64,000 nucleotides of DNA from Candidatus Bathyarchaeia archaeon (lineage in GTDB: Archaea; Thermoproteota; Bathyarchaeia; Bathyarchaeales; Bathycorpusculaceae), in contig JBEKKK010000001.1 of assembly GCA_050010755.1 (NCBI GenBank), positions 768,001 through 832,000 on the forward strand, written 5' to 3'. This document shows, piece after piece, positions 19,889 through 30,510 of the stretch. Every line of letters starts with the position of its first letter. The stretch's first letter is position 1. Below the pieces are notes generated by a model. That model did not search any database. It saw nothing but the letters and a program-made list of their open reading frames with translations, and had not been told where the DNA came from. The position numbers and the translations under genes are program-made.

Positions 19889-19916
19889 ATATGATCCAAA
19901 TATGATCCAAATATGA
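19889..19916. repeat. 11-bp tandem repeat ATATGATCCAA, 2.5 copies, upstream of the terminase pair
   Basis: ATATGATCCAA-ATATGATCCAA-ATATGA read directly. Confidence 0.75.
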
Positions 19917-20303
19917 AACACCAAACTCGCCGATGCACGCTCTCTAATCCACCTCAGACGAATTCTTCAGACGCACTTCGTGCACTCGGAAGCTAAGAAA
20001 CTATTACTTAGGCCCTGATTTTCAAACAAACACCATCAGTGAGAATTGCCCTTGCGTATTCGGCCAGCAAATCGCGCACCCTAAAATTCAATGTCTGCTG
20101 TTTGCAATGCATAAACTTACGTGACGCCACTCGAAGGCGGCAGGAGAATCAGCGAGCGTACCAATTAGTGTTCTTCGGGGCAGCTAAAAAGGATAGCGGC
20201 AAAACAACATCCCCAAGCAGCAGAGAGTGAAGTTAAAGTAAATCGAACCTCGGGAAACGCGCCTAATTCAAGTTGAACATGGCGGGGCGCACTTCTGTCT
20301 TTG

Positions 20304-22358
20304 TCACTTTATGGTGTAAGTGTAGTATTGTCCGTTGTTATCGTTGGTCACGTAACTTCCAGCGCTGGTGATTGCTTTGGTGACGTATTGAATCTGGGTT
20401 CCTGCCGATTGTCCTGGAATTGTTCCTTCCCAAGCTCCTGTGGCATTGTTGAATGTCATGTAGTCGAACGTCCACGCAGTACCGTTTATCTCCTTTACCG
20501 AGTAGCCGATATACACGAATTGTGGGGGTTCCTCTCCATTATTAACGGTTATGATCTGTGAGACCGTTACGTTCTGGTTCTCCTGCACGTCGTCTGCAGG
20601 CGGGTTTTGAGTGCATCGACCCATGGTCGGAGGTTGGACATAGACGAAGACGGGTTGCAGCGTATAGTTTGCGTTTAGAGTTATTATGATGAAGTTTTGC
20701 GATGTTGCCTGTTGACCGTTCAGTAGCCAGTGGCTGAAGATGTATCCGCTGTAAACGTCAGGCTTAGCGGTTACGTTTACCTGGGCGTTCTCGAGGTGGG
20801 TGTAGGTTCTGGGCGGAGGACTTGTGGTTCCGTTATCTGCCGGAAGGATGGTGAGAGCATAGGTTTCGTTGAGGCCGTAGGGGTTCATGAGCGGGTACAT
20901 GTCGACGTTGGAGTCGTCTGTTGTCCGGTAGGGCGTGTCGCCGATTCCGTCGCTGCCTGTGACGTTTTGACTAATACCGCTATAGTTGTCGCTTCCGGTG
21001 TAGCCGCTCCAGAAGTTTCCGCCTGAAGGATATCCGTTGTCAAGGGTGTTCGGAAGAAAATAGCCAAAGTACTGGAATTGGACTTGGTTGAGGTCGAAGT
21101 TGTTGTGAAAAATTGTTTCGTTAGTTGAGCCGTAGAGGAGTATCCCAGCCCAGTTTTGGAGCATGCTGTTTCCCACTATGTCGTTGAAATCTGAGTACCA
21201 GTCGAGTTCGATTGCTGCTCCGGAGTTAAGGGCGTTGCTGAAAAGGTAGTTGTCAAGTATCTTGTTGTTTGAAGCGTACCAGAAGTAGATGCCGCAGTTG
21301 CCGTTTGATGAAATGTTATTGTCGGAGATCGTGTTGCCTGTTGAGTATTCAAGAGCCTCGACACCGTTCGTGATGTTCAGGATCAGGTTGTTGTTTATGC
21401 TGCAACCAGTTGAGTTTTGAAGGTGAATGCCCGCTTCGAAGTCTCTGATGTCTACGTTCGTCACCGTGACGTTTTTTCTATCTGTCAAGTCTATTCCGGT
21501 TCCATTTCCAACCCCTTGAATTGTGTGGCCTGCTCCATCAATCACCGTGTTGTCCCTTTGTACGATGAGCGAAGCGTTGATGTCGTTGACCAGAAAATAC
21601 GTAGCGTTGTCCTGCGTGACGATTCCGCCGCTGCCCTGGATAGAGCCGTCAGGTCTGATGTAAACGAGCGGGTACTGTTTCGGATTCGCCGTTGGCTGAG
21701 CAGTGAAGTTAACAAGGGCCAAAACAATTATGAGCAGGGGAAGGAGAATGAGCAAAGTTGCACGTTTGACTCCCAGGAGCACACATGCAGACGTTGCCAA
21801 GAGCGCAACTCCCACAATGGATAGTTCGATTGTGAGGAATAAAGAAGAGTCGGGTTTTGTGACATATTCGCCTATTGATACTGGAAACTGAAAATCGCCA
21901 AACCCCGGCGTCTGGTCGTAGAACGGCATGACAAGATACCACGTTCCAGGCTTCGCGTCTACCCCAAGATTTCCCAAGGAAATCCCGTTTGGAGAGGATG
22001 TGAAAAAAGACTCGTCGCCGAGGCCAGTCTCGTCTTCGCTGAACAGTGTTCCTTTCTCGGTGACGTTGAAGCGCACTGTAACGTAGCCTTCGAGGAAATG
22101 CAGGACTGAGTGTTCACCGTTCAAGCCATTTGAGAGCTTGTCGAAGCTGGAGAACTCGTCTTGGTGGAACGTGACGTTTACGGATAGTAGTCTGTCCGGC
22201 TGAACAGTGCCGTTGATTATGTGGGCGGTCTGGTTCACGAGGAACTCTTGATCTTGGTAAGTCGGAAACCCATTTGTCTGATAATACTGAACCGGCAGGT
22301 TGAGTATCAGCAGGACGCCTACAATAAGGAGTAGCCATGCAAATTGCTTAACATTCAT
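20304..22358 (-). CDS. Membrane/surface protein with NosD/CASH parallel beta-helix and C-terminal Ig-like domains
   Basis: Signal/TM segments; 'VYIRPDGSI', 'DNTVIDGAGHTI'; N-rich GIxL repeats; 'DNGYPSGGNFWS...DGIGDTPY...DMYPLM'. Confidence 0.85.
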   Translation of the reverse strand: MNVKQFAWLLLIVGVLLILNLPVQYYQTNGFPTYQDQEFLVNQTAHIINGTVQPDRLLSVNVTFHQDEFSSFDKLSNGLNGEHSVLHFLEGYVTVRFNVTEKGTLFSEDETGLGDESFFTSSPNGISLGNLGVDAKPGTWYLVMPFYDQTPGFGDFQFPVSIGEYVTKPDSSLFLTIELSIVGVALLATSACVLLGVKRATLLILLPLLIIVLALVNFTAQPTANPKQYPLVYIRPDGSIQGSGGIVTQDNATYFLVNDINASLIVQRDNTVIDGAGHTIQGVGNGTGIDLTDRKNVTVTNVDIRDFEAGIHLQNSTGCSINNNLILNITNGVEALEYSTGNTISDNNISSNGNCGIYFWYASNNKILDNYLFSNALNSGAAIELDWYSDFNDIVGNSMLQNWAGILLYGSTNETIFHNNFDLNQVQFQYFGYFLPNTLDNGYPSGGNFWSGYTGSDNYSGISQNVTGSDGIGDTPYRTTDDSNVDMYPLMNPYGLNETYALTILPADNGTTSPPPRTYTHLENAQVNVTAKPDVYSGYIFSHWLLNGQQATSQNFIIITLNANYTLQPVFVYVQPPTMGRCTQNPPADDVQENQNVTVSQIITVNNGEEPPQFVYIGYSVKEINGTAWTFDYMTFNNATGAWEGTIPGQSAGTQIQYVTKAITSAGSYVTNDNNGQYYTYTIK

Positions 22359-22454
22359 GTTTGCATCGCTATGGACAATTATGGGGTTGACGAGGGGAAA
22401 AACCTTACTGTGAAGAGCATCAGTCTGGGTGAAAAGACCGCGTGAGAGTGTTAA

Positions 22455-24427
22455 GGGGTAAAGTTTACCCCCAACCCAAAACGTTTTATTATGCTATTGT
22501 GTCTGATTGCACTAGACAATAGAATTATTAGTTGCAGTTGCGCGCGCGCTCGACACTGCATAAGGTTAGGGATGAAAGTCTGAATGAAATTGCTTATGAA
22601 TATAGGACACATAGTTATCATACTGTTTTTAATCGTCTTGTTTCTTATCAGGAGTTAATCAGTATTCTTGCATGGTTGTGTCTTTTCACAAAAGATACTA
22701 AGCTGATTACTTGGTATCTTCTCCAGAACATTAAAGGAACGTACACTCTTAGACTTGGATTCAAGGGAAAGAAGAAGCCTCCGAAAATCGTTTACCGCTT
22801 CGGCAATCAGGATAAGCAAATTGCAAAATACCTTTCTAATCGTTATTTCGTCCTCAATTTTCTAGCGCGCGCGAAAGAAAAGCAAAATAAGAAAGAGCGT
22901 GCGCTCATCATAAAATAATGGAGAGATTCGATGAAATTATTGTCTCTAGCATTATTAGTATTATTATGTACGTTCTGTGTTGTGATAGTAATTCCAGTAG
23001 TTTCTATTCCTAAAGTTCATGCTGATAGCAATTCAGCAGATGTAGTAACAATATCTCTTCTGTTAGAAACCAATAGTGATTTTGACCAATTAGCTGCTTG
23101 GTTACCTACTACTGGATATAAACAATTCACATTCGTTATAGATGATTTTCCTCCTACATACGCCTATATTCTCCATAATTCCACTAGGGTAAATATTCTC
23201 AAAACTTATGGAGAATTAATTCCAAGATTTGATTATATGCAGCAATACACTCCAGCACAAAGAGAAGCTCAAGTGAATCAAATTACTTCTGATTGGATAA
23301 CTTATGTTGGATATGCTCCAAAAGGATGTTTTGATTTTATTCCAGATACGTTTACAACAAATTATGCAAAATCTTTAGGATATATGTACATTGGTGGATA
23401 TTGTCAAGACCAATACGCTGTAGATGCAATAACCGAAATTGGAGGATGGCAAGAACCATATTATGCAAGTTCGTATAATATATTAGTTCCAGACAATTCT
23501 ACTACACAATGTACTGGAATGGTAGTTCTTCCTCACGCTACAGCAGATTGGATAGATAGTTATACTGTTTGGCAAGGATTGCAATTACATCCAATGAATA
23601 TAATGACCGAATTTAAGAATAATACTGCTGATGCTAGGACGTACTTTTATGCATTAATTAATGACACTTTGTTAGATGTTTCTCCTGTAAGTTTAGCCAA
23701 CATTCAATTTGAATGGGATTGGTGTGTTAATTATGGATTAACTAGCACAGTATCTACATGGATAAAAGGATTAGTTACTGGTACTTCTGCTGTTAGTGCT
23801 CATTATGAATTAACGGATTACACAGCATTCGTAATTTGGTTCAAGGCAACATATTCAACTAATCCTACTTATGAAGTGAAATTTACTTCTCCATATGATT
23901 CATCTGATACTATAGAATGGTATTGGAGTTCTCAATATCGTATTGCTAGAGTCAATGGAAAAGTGGTAGATTTCGTTGATTATAATATTCAAGCTCCAGA
24001 TAAGTTCTTAACAGAAAGTTTTGCCATAAACTGGACTAGACCAATGGATAATGACCCAGATAACTGCATAGATGATTCTCTTTTTGTAACTATTGCAGCA
24101 TTAGGTGGTGGGATGTTAAGATATCCAGCGATTAGTACACAAGAGATTCCGTACACTGGACTTTTGGCCGATTTTCCATCCACGCATTATAGACAAAGTA
24201 TCAATTCTATTAATGTTCCATTTATAGCTGCAGTAACGGCAGCGGCTGCAGCTATAATCGGAATGACTGCAGCGGTAGCTAAAGCCAAAAGCGCAAAAAG
24301 AACAAACAAGTGTAAAAAAAGTAATTTAATCTTTGAGCGCGCGCTAAAGTGGATTTATAAATAGATTACATAAAGCGGTGTAAAAAGTAAACTGGGTTGC
24401 GGTTGGGTTGGGGGTAAACTTTACCCC
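22455..24427. mobile_element. AT-rich cassette bounded by perfect 25-bp inverted repeats, no transposase or integrase inside
   Basis: GGGGTAAAGTTTACCCCCAACCCAA (22455-22479) and its exact reverse complement (24403-24427); the interior is visibly much more AT-rich than the flanks. Confidence 0.65.
22931..24364 (+). CDS. Secreted, membrane-anchored protein, possibly polysaccharide deacetylase/GH57-like barrel
   Basis: Signal peptide ('...KVHA-DS'), 'GYAPKG', 'GGWQEPYYAS', C-terminal TM helix with a basic tail. Confidence 0.6.
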   Translation: MKLLSLALLVLLCTFCVVIVIPVVSIPKVHADSNSADVVTISLLLETNSDFDQLAAWLPTTGYKQFTFVIDDFPPTYAYILHNSTRVNILKTYGELIPRFDYMQQYTPAQREAQVNQITSDWITYVGYAPKGCFDFIPDTFTTNYAKSLGYMYIGGYCQDQYAVDAITEIGGWQEPYYASSYNILVPDNSTTQCTGMVVLPHATADWIDSYTVWQGLQLHPMNIMTEFKNNTADARTYFYALINDTLLDVSPVSLANIQFEWDWCVNYGLTSTVSTWIKGLVTGTSAVSAHYELTDYTAFVIWFKATYSTNPTYEVKFTSPYDSSDTIEWYWSSQYRIARVNGKVVDFVDYNIQAPDKFLTESFAINWTRPMDNDPDNCIDDSLFVTIAALGGGMLRYPAISTQEIPYTGLLADFPSTHYRQSINSINVPFIAAVTAAAAAIIGMTAAVAKAKSAKRTNKCKKSNLIFERALKWIYK

Positions 24428-24525
24428 CACACAGGAATGACGACGCGACGACGATAGAACATTTTGAATTTGTTCTAGCGCGCGCTAGAAATTATTTGCA
24501 GTTTAAGAGAAACTTAAGACGTTTT

Positions 24526-24882
24526 CTATGAGGTATGCTGCGCGCGCTTATCGTAATTGTGATTTGTACATTTCCGTTTTTGTTGAGAGAAATAAGAAGA
24601 ATTGGAGACGTTTCGTTTAACAGTTTTTAGCACGTGCGCTGTCTGTGTTGGTGGACTCGCCAAGCATAGGGCTAGGTCTTCGAGTGACAAAACAGTCCCT
24701 ACACCTAATAGCTTAAGAGAAAACGCGGAATAAGGGTAAACAACATATCGGGGAATTTGAGGGCCTAAAACGCTTAGAAACCCTGTATAATGATGATAAG
24801 TGGCTAATATTCCGCCTGCCAAGAGTAGCACGCCTGAAATTATTCCTGTGACAACAATTAGCCAAAAATCGCTTCTTTTCAT
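24526..24882 (-). CDS. Small membrane protein
   Basis: MKRSDFWLIVVTGIISGVLLLAGG...; two hydrophobic segments; 3' end uncertain. Confidence 0.45.
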   Translation of the reverse strand: MKRSDFWLIVVTGIISGVLLLAGGILATYHHYTGFLSVLGPQIPRYVVYPYSAFSLKLLGVGTVLSLEDLALCLASPPTQTAHVLKTVKRNVSNSSYFSQQKRKCTNHNYDKRAQHTS

Positions 24883-25184
24883 ATTATTCCCCGTCTTTTC
24901 CCTAATAAATGATATAGCCTCTTCAACTATTAGTCTTTCTGTTCTGCGCGCGCTTTCTCCATCCATACACTGTGATTTCACTTATTAGGAGAATGATAGC
25001 AAACATTCCAATGCAACCTGTTGCTAATGCTCCAAGTCCAGAACCGATATAACCATACTCTATTAGCGCGGGCTCTTTTCAAAAGCAAATTTCATAGAAA
25101 ATCCCTCAAGTTTCTTTTGAAGTGCAAATAATTCTTAGTCTCATTGTTCTGTTTTCCAAACTTGAAAACAGTCAACGCTCTTTC

Positions 25185-26414
25185 TTAGGATGTTCGTGTT
25201 GCGGCTTTTTCGAGTGCAGCGATTCCTGGAAGCTTTTTGCCCATAAGAAACTCTATTAGTGCTCCGCCGGCTGTGCTGATGTATGAGATTTTCTTGGTTA
25301 GCCCGAACTCTTCGATGGCGGATATCGTGTGTCCTCCTCCAGCTAGGGAGAATGCTTTGGAGTTCGCTATTTCTTCAAGAATTCTTTTTGTTCCGATACT
25401 GAATTCCTTGTTTTCATAGACTCCCATGGGCCCGCTGATGACGATTGACTTTGCCTTCCTTATAATATTCGTGTACTCCTCAACTGTCCTCGTTCCAATG
25501 TCATAGGTCGGGTATTCCGTGGGTAACTCGCTGACGGATATCTCCTTTCTTTTTCCCTTCACTTCAACCGCCATGTCGAGTGGAGTCTTGATTTTGTCGG
25601 GATATTTTTGGATGAGCATCTTTATTCCGGGTAGGAACCCCATGAGTTCTTTCTTTACCAGGTAATCCATGTTCGGTTTGCCGAGGTCTACGCCTTTTGC
25701 TGCAAGGAATACTTGGCCCACGACTCCTCCTGTGAGCACGTAGTTCGCTATTGCCTTGTCCAACACGTACTTCGATATTTCAAGGGAGTCATCGGCCTTT
25801 GCACCGCCGATGATGAATATGCACGGTTTCTCAGGGTTTTCCACGACTTTGCCGAGAGATTTCAGTTCCCTCTCCATTATGCGTCCAGCAACGCTCGGTA
25901 AAACGGCTGTGAAGCCTACCATCGACACGTGCGCCCGGTGCGCGGCTGCAAAGGCATCGTTCACGAAGAGATCCGCCACCGGAGCAAGGTTTTTGACAAG
26001 CTCCGTTTTCGCATGCTCTTCCGGAGTTCCGTCCTTTGTCTCGCCGTCAAACGTTCTCACGTTTTCCAATACGAGAATTTCGCCGCTCTTCAAGCCCTTG
26101 ATAGCGTTCTTGGCCTTCTCTCCGTAGAGATCGTCAACGTACTTGACTGGCTTCTTCAGGATTTTGCTCAGGATTTCAGCGTGCTGCTTCAACGGGATAA
26201 AGTCTGGATCGCCTTTGCGTCCCTGATGCGTCAGGATAACGACTTTTGCACCCTTCTCAGAGAGTTCCTTAATTGTTGTTTCACCGCTTGCACGGATTCT
26301 CGCGTCTTCCAAGATTTTATGGGTTTTCGGGTCGATGGCTGAATTGAAGTCAACCCTTACCAGCACAACTTTGTCCTTAACTTTCACATCATCCAACGTA
26401 AGGAACTTCGGCAT
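25185..26414 (-). CDS. pgk: Phosphoglycerate kinase (archaeal type)
   Basis: 'VRVDFNS', 'LENVR', 'NDAFAAAHR', 'GGAK', 'STAGGA'. Confidence 0.96.
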   Translation of the reverse strand: MPKFLTLDDVKVKDKVVLVRVDFNSAIDPKTHKILEDARIRASGETTIKELSEKGAKVVILTHQGRKGDPDFIPLKQHAEILSKILKKPVKYVDDLYGEKAKNAIKGLKSGEILVLENVRTFDGETKDGTPEEHAKTELVKNLAPVADLFVNDAFAAAHRAHVSMVGFTAVLPSVAGRIMERELKSLGKVVENPEKPCIFIIGGAKADDSLEISKYVLDKAIANYVLTGGVVGQVFLAAKGVDLGKPNMDYLVKKELMGFLPGIKMLIQKYPDKIKTPLDMAVEVKGKRKEISVSELPTEYPTYDIGTRTVEEYTNIIRKAKSIVISGPMGVYENKEFSIGTKRILEEIANSKAFSLAGGGHTISAIEEFGLTKKISYISTAGGALIEFLMGKKLPGIAALEKAATRTS

Positions 26415-26482
26415 ATTTTCCAACCCCTGACAAATAACAAAAAAACGGCGGGTGTTTTGGATTTAATCGCCTAGCGTTTAGT

Positions 26483-27538
<1,056 letters not shown>

Positions 27539-27559
27539 CTAATTAAGTTTCCGATCCCA

Positions 27560-28534
27560 GGTTCTGGTAACTTCATTGGCGATGCTTCTCCCTGTTACAA
27601 AACAGGTGACAGAAACGCCCTTGATTTGGGTTCATGTTAAAAATCGGGTGATAATCTGTTGAGTGGATGTACTCGTTAAGGAAAGTCAGGATTTATAAAT
27701 GGAAGGCTTGATACAATATTTCATGAATAGAACTGTTACACTCATAATTACTTCTGCTCTGGCATTATCTTTGGTTTTCTCTGCCTTAACTATCTGGTCT
27801 GAGACTGATGTTCTTGTCGAAACGCTTTATGGCCCTACCCGTACTTTACTTATGCCTCCAAACTCTAATGCAACTATTTTGCTGGCAGGGCTTTCAATCG
27901 ACAGATCATATGTGAGCTTTGGCAACTTGTTTAATGCCTCGGAAACATTCAGCATACCAGCAAACTACAACATGCAATTCACCTTATCACTGTCAATATG
28001 GGTTAACAAGTCATATTTTGCACTACTTGAAACTCTGGGATACCCCCCTGAGAACACGACAATTGATGATAGAGTTTCTGATTCAAGCAACTGGAACAAT
28101 CCTTTAGTTACTGGGGAGGGAACTGGATTTCAAGTTAACATGGAACCAAATGTCATATATCAATTGACTATCGGAAACTATGAAGCCTTTGGGGAAAACG
28201 TGACTACTCGTCCCACCCCCTTTACTATTCAAAATACAAGTAACAGCTTACAGATAACGATAGGTGATCCATTATCAATAATCGTCACCTATACAAGAGA
28301 ACCCAACATTAACTTATCTGGCGGTCTCATCATTCTGGATGCAATACTTGTGACGATGACGATATTCTTCGCACGTAACAAGAATCGATCGAACGATCTG
28401 CAAAAGAGCCTTCAAGAAGAAAGCAGGTAACTTTGTTTTCAAATTCGTTTCTTGCTAGCATGGACAGCCAATAGGGCTCGTTTGTCACCCGATTTTTAAC
28501 AGCGAAAACCATCGCCTATGAAGTCACCAGAACC
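27560..28534. mobile_element. Non-autonomous transposable cassette (IS-type ends, 8-bp TSD) carrying one cargo gene
   Basis: Imperfect TIRs starting GGTTCTGG (44 of 52 nt match by hand alignment); exact direct repeat CGATCCCA at 27552-27559 and 28535-28542. Confidence 0.85.
27699..28430 (+). CDS. Membrane-anchored hypothetical protein (cargo of the cassette)
   Basis: N- and C-terminal TM helices around an N/T/S-rich extracellular part; no DDE motif; AT-rich. Confidence 0.7.
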   Translation: MEGLIQYFMNRTVTLIITSALALSLVFSALTIWSETDVLVETLYGPTRTLLMPPNSNATILLAGLSIDRSYVSFGNLFNASETFSIPANYNMQFTLSLSIWVNKSYFALLETLGYPPENTTIDDRVSDSSNWNNPLVTGEGTGFQVNMEPNVIYQLTIGNYEAFGENVTTRPTPFTIQNTSNSLQITIGDPLSIIVTYTREPNINLSGGLIILDAILVTMTIFFARNKNRSNDLQKSLQEESR

Positions 28535-28564
28535 CGATCCCATATATGGGAAGAAGGGGCGGTT

Positions 28565-29911
28565 CTAGCGAAGCTTCATCAGAACCATTTCAGCCGCGAG
28601 CACTATCGGCTCCCAAGTTTCGCAGAGCGGCGGTGCGTATGCCGTGTCTGCCTTCACAAGGTCTCTAGCAGTCATCTGTCTCTGTATGGCCAAGGATATG
28701 GCGTTGATTCTCTGCGTCACTTCTTCTCCGCCGATGATTTGAGCTCCGATTATCCGCTGAGACTCCTTCTCGACAACGAGCTTGACTTTTATCGGCAGAG
28801 CCCCAGGATAGTAATCAGCTTTGGTCTTTGAAGTGATCGTGCCCGCGATGGTTTCGATCCTTGCCCTCTGCGCCGCAACTTCTGTAAGCCCAGTCCAGCC
28901 GCAATCGACGTCGAACAATCTTGAAACGGCCGAGCCTAGGGCTCCTGTGAAGAGCGAGTAACCGCCTGCAGCGTTGGTTCCCGCAACTTTTCCCTGTCTA
29001 ACGGCCACTGTGCCGAGTTGCGGCAGGCAAGGTCTCTGAGTCACTATGTTTATCGTTTCTGCGCAGTCACCTATCGCGTAAACGTCTTTAGCGCTTGTCT
29101 CCATCCGCGCGTTAGTCTTTATGGCCTTTGTCTCTCCCAGGACTATTCCAGCGTTAGCAGCGAGTTGAGTGTTTGCTCTCACCCCGAACGCGCTCACAAA
29201 CAGGTCTGCGTTGATCTGTTCGCCCCCAGCAATGATGCCCGTCACCGTGTCGGTGCCGACAAATTCCTCCACCGTCTTGCCTACCATGATGGTTACTCCT
29301 TTTTGTTCAAGCTTTTCTTGGATCATCTTCGCCATTTCAGCATCAAGAGCCTGCGGCAGAACCTGAGGCAACATCTCCACAACGGTTACTTTCAACCCTT
29401 TCTCATACAGTGCGATGCCTGTTTCAAGACCGATTAGTCCGGCTCCCATGATTATCGCGGATTTTGCCCCGTTCTTGACTGCCTCGGATATTCTCTCTCC
29501 GTCGTCAAGCGTTCGAAGGGAGCGTATGCCCTGTTTTTCTTTCCCCTTTATAGGCGGTATGAAAGAGGTTGCTCCCGTGGATATGATGAGACTATCGTAT
29601 GATATGATTTCAGTTTTGCCGTTCTTGTCCGTGGTTTCGACCGTCTTGTTTTGAGTGTTTATTGCTGTAGCTCTAGTCTCGGTTCTAAGGTCCAGCTTCA
29701 TCATCTGGAAGAAGGCTTGGGGAAAAACGATTAGATCCTTGAAGTTCGGTATTTGCCCACCAATCACGAAGGGAAGACCGCAACGCGAGTAGCCTGGATG
29801 TTCTTCTTCAGTTAACAGCGTGATTTCCGCGGTGCGATCCGTCTTTCTGGCTGCAGAAGCTGCATCAACGCCAGCAGCGTGTGCACCGATGATTACTACG
29901 CGTTTTGGCAT
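28565..29911 (-). CDS. FAD-dependent CoA-disulfide reductase/NADH oxidase family flavoprotein
   Basis: 'IIGAHAAG', single redox Cys in 'YSRCGLP', 'GAGLIGLE', 'YAIGDC', 'YAPP'. Confidence 0.9.
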   Translation of the reverse strand: MPKRVVIIGAHAAGVDAASAARKTDRTAEITLLTEEEHPGYSRCGLPFVIGGQIPNFKDLIVFPQAFFQMMKLDLRTETRATAINTQNKTVETTDKNGKTEIISYDSLIISTGATSFIPPIKGKEKQGIRSLRTLDDGERISEAVKNGAKSAIIMGAGLIGLETGIALYEKGLKVTVVEMLPQVLPQALDAEMAKMIQEKLEQKGVTIMVGKTVEEFVGTDTVTGIIAGGEQINADLFVSAFGVRANTQLAANAGIVLGETKAIKTNARMETSAKDVYAIGDCAETINIVTQRPCLPQLGTVAVRQGKVAGTNAAGGYSLFTGALGSAVSRLFDVDCGWTGLTEVAAQRARIETIAGTITSKTKADYYPGALPIKVKLVVEKESQRIIGAQIIGGEEVTQRINAISLAIQRQMTARDLVKADTAYAPPLCETWEPIVLAAEMVLMKLR

Positions 29912-29922
29912 TTGTTCTTCCT

Positions 29923-30333
29923 TCACTTTTTGAGAGATTTGTGCCATTCAACTGACTTGTTGAAGTCCATAAGATTGGCCAATTCTGCTTGGAGGTTTGC
30001 AGGCTTCACGATCAGCAGCCATCCCTTGTTGTACGGGTCTTCGTTCAGCAGCTCGGGTTTCGACTGGACTTCCGCGTTCACCTGCTCTATGGCTCCGCTT
30101 ATCGGTGCTACCAAGTCTGATACGGCTTTGACTGATTCCACAGTGCCGTAGGGGTCATTCTGTTTTATGGCTCCTCCCGCAGCGGGAAGTTCCGCGTAGA
30201 CGATTTCTCGCAGTTGTTTCTGAGCGTAGTCTGTTATGCCCACCCTGACCTTGTCGCCCTCGATTTTTAGCCACTCGAACTCTTTTGTGTAGTATAATCC
30301 TTCAGGCACTTCGTACCCTTCAACTTTCACCAT
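29923..30333 (-). CDS. gcvH: Glycine cleavage system H protein (lipoyl carrier)
   Basis: 'VGITDYAQ', lipoyl-Lys in 'ESVKAVSD', 'NEDPY..GWL'. Confidence 0.95.
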   Translation of the reverse strand: MVKVEGYEVPEGLYYTKEFEWLKIEGDKVRVGITDYAQKQLREIVYAELPAAGGAIKQNDPYGTVESVKAVSDLVAPISGAIEQVNAEVQSKPELLNEDPYNKGWLLIVKPANLQAELANLMDFNKSVEWHKSLKK

Positions 30334-30510
30334 GTTTGTTCACCTTTGAGTAATGTAGTTATTGTTCCATGCTGCAACGTTTAAAATTAACTGTTCACAA
30401 AGATAAATGCGTCCGAACATTTCCAGTTTCAGATAGACCAGTGTTTGCAAGATACGGACGCGGCATCCAAGACATAAAGCGATAAATAGCGAGAAAAAAA
30501 GAAGAGAATC

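Noticed and set aside
22532-22918. 128-aa ORF inside the AT-rich cassette, as a possible transposase remnant
   Set aside because: No DDE, HUH or recombinase motif; it runs through GCGCGC motifs; likely spurious.
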